This document shows, piece after piece, positions 24,840 to 36,700 of a DNA stretch of 64,000 nt. The stretch covers positions 757,696 through 821,695 of the forward strand of contig JAAOMT010000602.1 of NCBI GenBank assembly GCA_016748015.1, in the 5' to 3' direction. How positions within the stretch are numbered: the stretch's first letter is position 1; the number at the start of each line of letters is the position of its first letter. The position numbers were made by a program, and so were the translations under genes. The notes beneath the pieces are model-generated. The model was not told where the DNA came from and made no database searches. It saw only the letters and a program-made list of their open reading frames with translations. The stretch is from Geosiphon pyriformis uo1 (taxonomy: Eukaryota; Fungi; Glomeromycota).

Positions 24840-27800
24840 CTGGTTTGATTTGAAAGATTGCTACGTGTAATGTTCGAGGCATGAACGTTTCTGCAAAACA
24901 GAAAGATATAGTTCGTTGGCACAAAGACATGGGCAATTTAGTTTCTATTTTTACTGAAACGAAGTTGAAGAATAGGGTTCGTCCCTAAATTATCAACAAA
25001 TTTGATGGTGTTCAGGTGTTTATCTCTGGTTTGGATTCTGGATATCTGAGTGCTGGTATGGCAGTTGTAATGGACTCTTCTTTGGCAAGGCATGTATGCA
25101 AAGTTTCTGAAGTGCCTGGCCAGCTTTTGTTTGTTAGATTACTCTTTAAGAATAAGCTCTCAGTGTCAATTCTGGGGCTCTACGCTGGTGCTTCTTTGGT
25201 GGTACGGTTTTCTCAGGCTGATGAAATTAACTCTCTTATTGCAAGGGCTGTTAATGAATCTTCTTTCATCGTTCTCGGGGGTGATTTTAATGAGGACGGT
25301 TCTCATAAAAGTGCAAGTTTCAAAAGATGCTTTGATTTGGGTCTGGTCAATTCTTTGGTTGGTAGCCCGGCGGCAAAAATGCCCACTTGGGAAAATTCTA
25401 GGGGTGTTAAGAAAACAATTGATTATGTGTTTGTCTCCTTGAGTCTTGTCAATGCAATAGTGCATTATGAAGTTTTGAATGTCAGTGGGCATTTTGACAC
25501 AGACTATCAAGCTGTTTCAGTGGATTTGGGTTTGGGTGGGCTCTTGGACACACATTTGAATTCTCTTCGCAAGCAAGTGAATAGAGATTATTGGAAGTTT
25601 AATGTCAAAGATGCCAATAAAGCTAAGTGGTTGGAGTTCAAGAATGCTTCAGCTGTTAATGTCTCTATGTTCTCGGATGCTTTTGGCATGGCAGTAAGGT
25701 TTTCGGATGTGGACGTTATGTAGGACATTGTTTGCAAGATTATGGTTCTTTCAGTGGGTGGTATATTTAAGAAAAAATGGTTCAAAGGTTTTGACAGCAT
25801 ATTTACCAAGACTTCTTCTAGGTTTCATAAGCTGGAGCTGCTGGTTTCTAAGTTGGTCAAGGCTTCGTGTTTGGCTTCTAGTGATGGTTTTGCTTCTTTG
25901 TTGGAGGTGTGGCACAGACTCAACTCCCCTGGTGCATCGGTGGTTAAGTCTCTGTTTCTTTCAAAATCTAATTTTGATCTTATTCGTTCTGCACTGGCCA
26001 AAGCAAGGAAATTGTACCACTCTTTCAAATTATTGGAATCCAGGCACACTGAAGAATCCTCAATCAAGCAGGCTATTAGTAAGAGAATGGAAAGTTTTGA
26101 GCTGAACAAGAGTCACACCATTAGGAGTGTTTTGGAACGTCCTTTTCATAAGGTAGTTCTAGATTATCTGGTTGTAGAAGATGAGTTGATTTTAGAGCCT
26201 GGTTTGGTTAAGTCTAAGGTAGACAAAATTATGGAGGGATGAACCAGAAGACGTGAGATGGTGTCTGACTTATCTGGGAATTGGGCTCGTCAATATTGGC
26301 CTTTGGATTACGTGTTCGATAATGCTTTCTCTGATGTCATGTGTTCAATTAGTTTTGATGAGTTGTCAGCTGTTGTTAAGAATCTTCCTGATAGAAAAGT
26401 GGCTGGTCTTTTTGGTATCTCCAACAAATTATAGAAACATTGTGACAAATCTGTTTTGGATATGCTTTTGGTGCTCTTGAATTTCTGTTTGGTTGGCGAG
26501 TTGGTTCCTAAGCCTTGGAGAGAAGCTTGAGTTTTGATGATTTCTAAACCATATGAATGGAAGGAAGTTCTCACGAACACCTGTTCTATAGCTTTGATTG
26601 AAACAGCCCACAAGATTCTCTCCAAGATTCTTTCAGATAGGATCTCTGGCTTGCAGCACTTTTGATGTTCTTCGTGGGGACAATTTTTCAGTTTTGAAAG
26701 GTATGACGACGCAATCCCCCATTTTTGCTATCAGTTCTGTGGTTGAGGATGCCTTGAAAAAGAACCGCGAACTTTGGCTGGTTTTGCAGAACATGTGCAA
26801 AGCTTATGACTCGGTTGGTTGGGAACATCTTAAGAGAAGTCTGATCAGGATCAAAATGTGTGACAGGTTTATTAGATTTTTTGGCAGTATTCACAATGGT
26901 CGTGTCAACAGAGTGATGACTAACTTTGGCTTGACTGATGGGTATTGTGTTTATGATGGGCTGGATTAGAGAGAAGTTTTCTCACCTCTTCTTTGACATA
27001 TTTTTTATGATCCACTTTTGTGCAAAGTCAAGAGACAGGATAGTGTGTATGACTACAGGTTGAATTCTTATTTCATATCAAGAACTGGCTGGGTGGACCC
27101 TCAAGCTGGGCTGTCTTTGTTTCTTGCTGCTGGTGCTTTTGTCAATGATACTATTTGGGTTGGTAGCAGCCAGGCTGCTACACAACACATCCTTGATGTG
27201 GCTAGCAAGTTTTTTGGGTTTAACAATATTTCTGTAAATAATGACAAAATGGTGGCCATCCCCATCAATTGCCAGGTGCTGGACCCTCATTTAACTATCA
27301 GTGGTGCGCCTATTTCTATTGCCAAGAAAGGGGAATCTCATCATTACCTAGGCATTTTTTTATCTTCTGAAGGTCTCTCAAAGCCCAGCTTAGCTAAGAC
27401 CTAGGCGGATGTGTGGTTTTTTGTGAATCTAGTTTTGAGGAAGGCAGTTTCTGATAAACAGTGTGTGTATTTAGTGTTCGCGGTTCTTTTTCCTATCATC
27501 AGTTATAAAACTCAGTTTAATTTCGTTTCTGTGGGCATTTGTAACAAATGGGATGCTCTGGTGCACAAGATCTTAAAATCCAAGTCTGGATTGCCCTGTG
27601 ATTTTCCCAATGATGTGCTGCTCCACCCCTTATTGTACGGTTTGAAGACTTTTGAGCAGATTCAAGCTGAGAGTAAATTGGCATCCACTGTTGTTTTTGC
27701 AAACTCTGCTGGTATTTTGGGTCATCTTTTTTTTCATAGGACTCATGATCTTCAAGTACTTAGCTGACACTCATGTTACTCTTTGCTGTTTCCATCTCGT

Positions 27801-29522
27801 ATTGGTGTTAATCCCTCAAACAATTTTTTGGCTGGTGTGGTTTGTATTTTTTCCGGGTATGATTTGTCTTTGGGAGGCTCTCTGGCTTGTGCTTTTTGTC
27901 ATTGGTGCAGTACTCCTATGTCTTTGGTTCTTGGTGAATTCTGTTTTTTCAAGTGTGTCTCTTCGCTCAGACGCTATGGAATTGCTTTCATGGAGCAGCT
28001 TCATGACCATAATGGTAATGTTTTCAGTTGGGAGACCTTCAAGTGTTGGAAGAGGCTAGACCCTTGTGGCCCAGTCCTTTTTTGGTTTGTTTTTTCCATT
28101 CGCTTTCTTGGTGGTGTTGGACCTCTCTCCTCAAATTCTTCTTTGGTGAATGGTCATGCTGTGTCTAATATTCATCTTTTTCATGATTTTGGTGTGGTTC
28201 ATGATGCTTTGCCAACCATTGATGCTGCCCACCTTTCTGTGTATACGGATGGATCTCTTTCTGGTCTGGGCACTGTTGATGTAAGAACAGATGCTGCCAT
28301 TTTTTTTGAGGACATTAACTTGGGTTTGGGTGTTGGGATGTCTGGTTTGGTTTCTTCTACTCTGACGGAGCTGCAAGTCATAGCTTTGGCTTTTGAGTGT
28401 GTTCCTTTTTCTCGTTTGATTGACTTGTTTTCAGATAGCCAAGCTGCTTTGGATACATGTAAGTCAGAGTCTTTACTGGTTTGTCCAGATTTCAAGAACC
28501 GCTGTTGAATCAAGCGTTGTCACATTGTGACCATCATTCGTCAAAAAAATTTGGATGTGAATTGGATTAAGGTGAAAGGTTACTCAGGTGTCTTAGGCAA
28601 TAAGCGTGCTAATGTGCTTGCCAAAGATGCTGCTTTCTCTGCTTGGCACCTACCTTATTTAGTCAGTAAACATTTTCTATGTGCTGATGATACAGTGGTT
28701 TCTGGTAATTCTAGACACTTTGTTTGTGATGTTTTCCAGTCAGTTCATCGAGCTCGTTGGGAGATTGGAGTAGGTTCGCATGTTGTGGATGATAGTTTGC
28801 ATGCTGATATCAATTGGTTTAAGTCTTCTATGGTGTGGCACCCTAATTCTCACTTGGCATCAGGTTTTATCAGCATGCGCATGGCAGGCTGTCGTACTTA
28901 CTTTATGAAGGCTCTCCATTATTAGCTTCCTGTTGCTGTGCGCAAGTGTTTATATGATAGGAGATACTCCAGTGTGGTCTATCTGTTCTGTAGTGATGTT
29001 GAGACCTTGGATCATGTCTTTTCGTGTCCTCAGGATGCTGTTGGCTGTGCTCGTTTGTTGGGCACTTATGCTTCAGCTTGGGAAACTCTTTCTGGTCTAT
29101 CTTGCTCTTCTTCATGTGTCTTACAGACCTTGGCTTCTTGTGTTTCTGAAGTTGGAGTTGGTGTTGTTCTGTGTAAGGGCTTTGTTTTTGATGAATGGTT
29201 TCATGAATTGGTCTCAGTTTTTAAAGATTCTAAGGAGGGTACTAAAAGGATTGTGAGCTTTGTGTGTGAGTTCTGTCTTGTATTTTGGAATGATATTTGG
29301 TTGGTCTATGCCAGACACTGAGCGTTTATGGAAAAGCACGGTTTGATTCCACATGATGGTTCCACTCCTGCTTCTGTGTCTGGTTTGCCTATGGTGTTTT
29401 TGGCTGGTGTGGTTAAATTGCTGGGGGTGGCTGAGGCTTTTGGAATTGGTTTCGGGTTTCGTAAGTTTTGTCCATTTTTTTCAGGTATTGAAGATTTGGT
29501 TTCTGTACATATAAGTATATAA
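24836..29522 (+). pseudogene. LINE ORF2: AP endonuclease, reverse transcriptase, RNase H, C-terminal zinc motif
   Basis: ATCNVRG, GGDFN, IDYVF, FDTDY (SDH-like) for APE; KAYDSV and AFVNDT (FVDD) for RT; VYTDGS, ELQ, SDSQAA, WIKVKGYSG..GN..A for RNase H; FCSDVETLDHVFSC. Confidence 0.93.
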
Positions 29523-30736
29523 TGTAGTCCTAACTGGCCTGAGTGGCTGGTCACGTGTAGTAAGCACATGATTCACACCTAGTTTAGATCATTTGTATGA
29601 TGTATAGTACTAGGTCGCATTTGGATTTCACTCATTAAATAAATAAAAAAATAAAAAAAAATACAGCTTATTGGTTTTTGGCAAAAAGTTTTGGTTAAAT
29701 TTAAGAGTTCTAAAATTACTAATTTTATTGTGACCAAATAATTAATTTTGTTAAATAAAAATTTAGTACAAGTTGTTAAAGCCAATGCTAACAAACATAT
29801 CTGGAATTTGAAAAATTATTATTGTATTTTTTTATATATTTTGTTGATATGCATAATTGTTTACAATTTTTTGAATTTAATATAGTTTTATAATAAAAAA
29901 CATGCTCCATTTTTTTAATTCTGTTTTTTATATACAAACATACTGTGTTATTGTGAGTTTTGAATCAGTCATAATTAAAAATATTACTATTATTTATTTA
30001 ATTTTTTGTATTTAAAAGCATTAACTTAATTTGGACTGATTTATTTTCTCTTAAGTATATCAAGTATAAAAATTTAGTCATATTTTAGTTGTATATAATA
30101 GTGGTTTTAAACTATTTAGTCAAAGTTCAAAAAAAATTATTTTTAAAGTCAGATAAAAGATATTTTATTTTTATTTATATTAAAAAGCAGATTTCTGTGT
30201 TTTATTAAATTTTTTTTAATAGTATAATATGAACTTTTGTAGTAAGTAATAATTTAAAATATCTTTTTTTTAAGTTATTTATTAGTATTTTTTAGAGAAT
30301 ATATTGGTTGACAGTTTGAAAAAAAGTTTTTGTCATTTTAACTTTGGCTTTTAAATTAAACATTTTCGAATATTTCTTAAAGTTTTTGTTTGATTATATT
30401 ACTGGTATTTTTTGCAAACTAAATACATTTTTTTCTTAGTTATCTTTAAACTGTATTGTAAATATGCCTATTTTTAATACTGTTTTAAAGTTAAATATAA
30501 TTATTAATAAGCTGTTGTCTATTTTCTCTGCTTTGTATATTAATTCTGGTGTTTTTTAAGATGTTTTTTAATGTTTCAAAGTTTTAACTATTAAAATTGG
30601 TGGTCTAAAAGCTAGCATAATAATTTTAGAAGATTTTATTAAATCTATTATCGATAAATTAAAATTTTTTAGTTTGAGTAATAGTGTGATATTTTTTTTT
30701 ATTTTTAATAAGTAGTTTAATTTGGAAAATAACTGC

Positions 30737-31612
30737 TGTTACAGATGATTATTTGGGATCTCAAATCAAATAACAAACCCATAACTTAATGTTTAATTAA
30801 TAGTGTTGTTAATAATATCTGAAAGTGTTGTTTATCTGAAGGTTTTGTTGTGGAGTCCTTTGTATAATGAACAAAAATTCAATGGTTGTCTTTTCAGTAG
30901 CCTCCTGAAATTGCAATTCCATCAAATTTCTTTCTTAGCATAATGGCTGGTAATCTTGGCAGAGATGCCCTTCTGGTAAGCTATTTTTAAATTCTCAATT
31001 CTTATACCCTTTCTTTGGGGTCTTTTACCAGGTTATCTATAACGTCAATACTCAGCACTTAATCTTCAAGTAATTAGTAAAACAAAAAAGATAACAGAAA
31101 TAAAAGAAATTTAAAAGAAATAAGCCAAGACAATAAATGTTAGTATCCTGTCAATAGCCATGATCAAGAGCTATTGGTTTAATGTGATTAAGTATCAATT
31201 ACTATTAACATAAAGTGTTAATAGTGGAGAGTGGATTTGGAATTGTGAAAATAATTATTTATTTGATATTTGTGAATTGGAAGGTTGCCAGATTAAATCT
31301 AAACTGAAAGGTCTCTAACTAAAAAAATTCTGTCCCTTTTTGCTTCTAATACTACTGCTAAATATACATAATTGAGATTCTTCAATTCCTTAATTCTTCA
31401 CACCAGGAATTTTGGAATTTCTATAATCTTGCAATTTTTTTTGAGAGGAATTCTGGAATTCTGGAATCCTGCAATTCCTTGTACGAGAATTTTGAAATTC
31501 TTGGAATCTTGCAATTTCTTTTGAGAGGAATCCTGGAATTCCACATTTACTATGATTACTTCTAATTGGCTAATTCATATGCCAATATACTCCTTATATT
31601 CTATAAGTAACA
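30737..31612 (-). repeat. 3' LTR of element C
   Basis: TGTTACA...GTAACA; followed by a pyrimidine run (minus-strand PPT, ~31616-31628); matches 40092-40727. Confidence 0.93.
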
Positions 31613-31626
31613 TTATTCTCTTCTTT

Positions 31627-32265
31627 TTAATATGGAGCTTTGTTGAGATCTCCCAAATCTCTTAACTCTAATTCTCTGTTTTTGAGTATTTCTTGAACTT
31701 CTTTTTCGAGAATTACTTGAGTTATTTTGTTTTGTAATTTTTCAAATTGGGTGTTGGTTATCTTTCCCATTTGGTTAACTATAATGGAATTCATTTCTGG
31801 ATTAAGTAAAATTTCCGGTCTGTCTTGAAATCTAGCATGCAATCAATAGATGGCTCTTGTTTGTGTTGTTAGATTGTTCTTTCCCACAAATTGTTCCAGT
31901 TGTTGCAGTATTGTTGTGTCAAATAATTGTTTTGTTTTATTTGTGTATAAGTTCTGAATATTCAAGTGTTGTCCCAAGTAGAAATAACAAAAGTTTCTTA
32001 GAAATTTGTGTATTCACCATTTTCATATTTCTTTGGTCAACTCTTGATATGTGATGATACTTGTTGGTTCTTCTATTGCTAATTTTATTTTCAAAACCAT
32101 TTTGTCAATCATGTTTTCTGTTTTTCTTTGACTTTTGTATTTGAGTATCTTTCTGGTATCTCAGTATCAAATGGTTTGTTGATTAATAGTAATTTCCATA
32201 TTATGTTGTTGAATCAGTTGGAAGAGTTGTTGTGCTAGTGAGTAGATGTTGTCAGTGATTTCCAT
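31627..32265 (-). pseudogene. ORF3 of element C, ~212 aa, unknown function
   Basis: ATG at 32265 (MEITDNIYSLAQQLF); a single frame of 213 codons; internal stops are all TGA. Confidence 0.8.
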
Positions 32266-32327
32266 TTTTTTAAAGTCTTTTGTTATGTCTACCATGTCTT
32301 TATATTCTCTTTTTATTGTTTTTAATT

Positions 32328-33704
32328 TTACATGTTCAGTTCAATAATTATGATTGGTTCCAGATTTTGTGGAATCTTATCTGGTTGGACTAGTATTCTC
32401 TGTACTTCTAATTGTGAAATATTATTGGTGAATGATGACACTATATGGTAATATGGTTTCAGTTAATTACCATATGCTGCTTTGATTAAGATTTTATTGT
32501 TTCATCTTAATTTATAAGCTCCATTTCCCAGAATTTCTTCTATGTGAAATGGTCCATTCCATTTGGAGTCAAATTTTCTATTCCATTGTTTTTCTATTTT
32601 GGTATGATGTAAAAGTACTTTGTCTCCAATCTTGAATTCAACTGGTTTATCTGGTAGTTGGTTATTATGTCTTTCTTTTTGTTTTTCTTGTGACTTTTAA
32701 ATATTATCAGCTGCTTTTTGCCATTTGTTTTCTAGTGTTTCTATCAAGTCATATGTTCTTCTTAGCAATGTTTTCTGAAAATTGTCTTCAGTTATTGGTT
32801 CTGTTGGATAAGTGTTAACTTCTATCTCAATTGGTAATGTTGCTGTTCTATCATATACTAATTCAAATGGTGTTGCTTGTGTAGTGTTTTGTTTCATTGT
32901 CTAATAAGCAAGTAATACTGATGGTATAAACAAGTCCCATTCATCCTGGTTTTTTTGACTGATCTTGGCAATTGCTTCACACAATGTTTTATTGAATCTT
33001 TCAACTAATCCATTGGTTTGTGGATGGTATGATAATAACAATAGTTTTTTAATTCCAAATCTTTGATTTAATTCTGTCAATGTTCTGTTCACAAAGTAAG
33101 TTTCTTGATCTAACAGTAGTTTTTTTGGACATCCGTGTTGACAGATCAAATCTTGATAAATGAATTTGGCAACGGATTCTGCATCTGCTCTTTAAATGGC
33201 TTTTGCTTCTGGCCATTTAGTAAGATAGTCCATGATTATTGCGATATATCTGTTGCCTTTACTGGTGATTGTTAATGGTCTGACTAAGTCAATTCTAATG
33301 TGATCAAATAGCTGTCTCACTTTGATTGGTCTTAATGGTTTACTGGGTTTTGTTCTTTTTCTTTTCTGACAAGCATCACAATTTTGAACATATTGGATGA
33401 TGTCTGAATACATAAATGGCCAATAGTATCTTTTTCTGATTCTTTTTATGGTTGCCTCTTTATGAAAATGTCCTGCTCTTAAATCTGAGTGCATGTTGAA
33501 TAATATTGTTTCTTTCTCTGGTTCTGTGATTATTTTGGTTGGTTAATCTGAATTCTTTCTGTTCTTTCAGTAAAGTATATTTTGATGGTTGATAAAATAT
33601 TTTGATTGTTGTTTTATGTTTTTTTGTTCTTTTTGAGATAATTTTTCCTTAAACAATTGGGTATTTATATAATATTAGAGTTGTTGGTATTTTTGTATAT
33701 TCAT
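32328..33704 (-). pseudogene. Integrase of element C (separate ORF, 459 codons)
   Basis: ATG at 33704; MHSDLRAGHF..CDAC, IDLV, YHPQTNGLVERFN, KWNGPF. Confidence 0.92.
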
Positions 33705-33733
33705 CTTTTGTTATATTTTTGGGTTAAAGTGTT

Positions 33734-36700
33734 TTAGATTTGTCTTATTCATGACAGTTCATTAGCATTTCCATTTTCTTTTCTTTTTTTATAATGTACT
33801 ATATAATTAAATAGTGAAAGTTCTATTTTCTATCTGGCATGGCAATTATCTGCAAATTTTTGTTTCTGGATTGAAATCAATCTTTTATGATCTATGTACA
33901 CATCAAACTTTTAACTCAAGTATTCTTTCCATTTTATGACTGTCCAATAGATGGCTAAGTATTCCAATGCTGGTGTTACATAGTTTTTTTCAACTAAACT
34001 TAAGCTTTTACTTGTGTAAACTACTAGATGTTCTCTTTCATCTGGTCTTTTCTGTAATAATACTGCTCCCAATGCCTGGCCTGATGCATCAATAATGATG
34101 ATGAATAGTTTGTTGTAATCTGGATACATCAACACTAAAGCTTAAATAAGCTTTTTTTTCAGTGTGTCAAATGCTTTTTGTTGAGTTTCTGTTCATTCAT
34201 ACTTTACATTCTTAGTTTGTAAGTAATGAAATGGCTGGGCCAGTTTAGAAAAGTTTTTGATGAAATGGCAATAATATCCAGTGAATCTCAAAAATGCTCT
34301 CAGTTCTATCAAGTTGGTTAGTACTGGAAAGTTCTTTACTATTGCAATTTTATCTGGATCTGTTTTAATTTCATCTTTGCTTATCACATGTCCCAAAAAC
34401 TTGAGTTCAGTTTTCTCAAAGAAACATTAGTTGCATTTAGCTTTAATTCGGCTTTTCTTAGTCTTTCAAACACTTGTTGAAGATAATGCAAATGGTCATT
34501 AAATGTTTTTGAAAACATATTGGTGTCATTTAAGTATACAACTACTGATTTCTATAGTAGCCCAGTATATACAATTTTCATTAACTGTTAGAATGTCACT
34601 GGTGCATTCATTAAGCTGAATGGCATTACTTCAAATTCAAAATTCTTTTTCCATGTTGTAAAAGCTGTTTTTTTTTTATCTTCTGAGTTCATAACTACTT
34701 GCCAGTAACCACTGTCTAAGTCTAACATTAAGAACTATTTCTTTCCTCCAAAAGCATCAAAAAGTTCTTGGATCTTTGGAGTTGGGTAGTTGTCTCCTTT
34801 TATTACTTCATTTAGTTTTCAGTAATCCACACAAAAGCAGATTTTTTCATTCTTCTTATGGATTAGTACCATTGGTAATGACCATAGACTTATTGATAGC
34901 TGAATTAGCCTGTTATTAAGCATCTAATTGATTTCTTGATGGATGATCTCATAACTAGCTGGTGGTATTCTGTATGCTCTCTGTTTGATTGGCATTGCAT
35001 CTTTGGTCTTGATTTGATGCTGAATTATGTTGGTTCTGCCAAATTTGTTTTTACTGACAAAGATGTCATTGAAGTTGTTGAGTAATATCTTAAGTTGCAT
35101 ACATTAAAGTGGATCTAAATTTCCCATGTTTATTTGTTCCAACTGTTCCAGTTGGAGCAGATAACATTCTTTTCATCCATATATGGTTTGTAATGTAATA
35201 TCCACATATCCGCATAGCTATGGAAAATCTGAAATGGTGTCTGGTCATTGGTCTTTGATTTCAGTATTTAAATAGCTGATAATGGTTTTTTTTGATATCT
35301 CTACAATATTTCCAGTGTTGTTGTAGATGGAAATTTTGATGTAATTATGGTTTTTGGCTGGTATGTAAAGATTGGTAAGTCCAATCTCTTCTGATTCACA
35401 TAGTGTTGCTTCTGTCTCAAAAATTTGAATCTGATCTTTTACTTTCCTTTCTATAACTACCATGTATTGGTCATATGGTGGAATAGAAATTGGTTGACAG
35501 GTGGAAATAATTTCTTCCTTGTTAATAATTTTTTCCTCTGCCATATTGACTGGTACATCTATTCTACCTGTGGATCCAAATCCCTGTATCTTTTTTGTTG
35601 TTATCCCTAATTCTTCTCTGTTTTCTACTGATACTAATTTAGCTATTTTAACCAGAAATAGAAATATTGCTTGTGCTATCTTTTCATTTGAATCTATGGT
35701 GTAGATCTTTTTTGAGTCATTTTGTAGCATAGCAATAATATTTCTCATGTATTCTGCATCAATTATCCCTCCTTTGATGTTGATTTTCTTTTTCACTAGG
35801 CTACTCCTAGATGCTAATTGAACTATAGTTGTTGCTGGAATTTTCAGTGCTATTTTGAGATCAATACAGGTGCACGAATGTGGTTCTAATTTGATGAGAT
35901 TTTTTCCTGGATATTTCAGATTAAACCCTGCATTAGTATCATGTGCACATTCTGACATAATACCTTCATTATTATTGCTAAACCATTTCAGTTCTTGTTT
36001 TTTGTTGAGATTAGGAAGTGCAATATATTGTTCGAAGTTTGAATCAGAGTTTGAATTGGAGTTTGAATTACTATATTTTTTATTGCCACATTGAACGGAG
36101 CTGGAACTATTATTTTTATCATTATCATTGTTGGAGTTTGAATTGGAATTGAAAGTTGATTCCAATTCTGATATGCAGCTGCTCATTGGTTCATCTTCTT
36201 CTGGGATCATGTAGATCATGTGTGGTGGTGAATTGTAAATGAAATTACACTTATTACAATATTGAAAGTCATATGGAATCAAACAGTGGTCATATAGTTG
36301 AGTGTTGATTTCTTCCAAGTGTTGCTCCTACTCTTTTCTTGTAGATGCTAGCTTTTGATAGTGTTTGTGAAATTGTTCTGGATTTAAGAGATTTATGACT
36401 GGTTCTGAGTTTCAGTCAAGTTCTATGGGCTTTGGAAGATTGTTCTTGATTTCTCTGATTTCTTCAGAGGATGTTCCTTTTATTTTGGTGATTGCCATTC
36501 TCCATATTTCATCATTGTTATGTGGACAACTGTCTAATTATTGTATGGCTTTTCTCTAGGTGGCTTCTATTGGTGTTCTTTTCTTAACTCAATTGCTGAT
36601 GAGAATCGTGTACTAACATGAAGTATTACACGTTCTTTCTCAACCAGAAATGTCATTCCACATTCCTTCATTGAGTAATGTTTCTCTGCAAGCTAGACAA

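Larger units (their letters stand above)
22751..29657 (+). mobile_element. Full-length, least-decayed non-LTR retrotransposon (LINE) with APE, RT and RNase H
   Basis: TSD AAAATACAG (22742-22750 / 29658-29666); A-rich TAAA tail; two ORFs. Confidence 0.95.
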
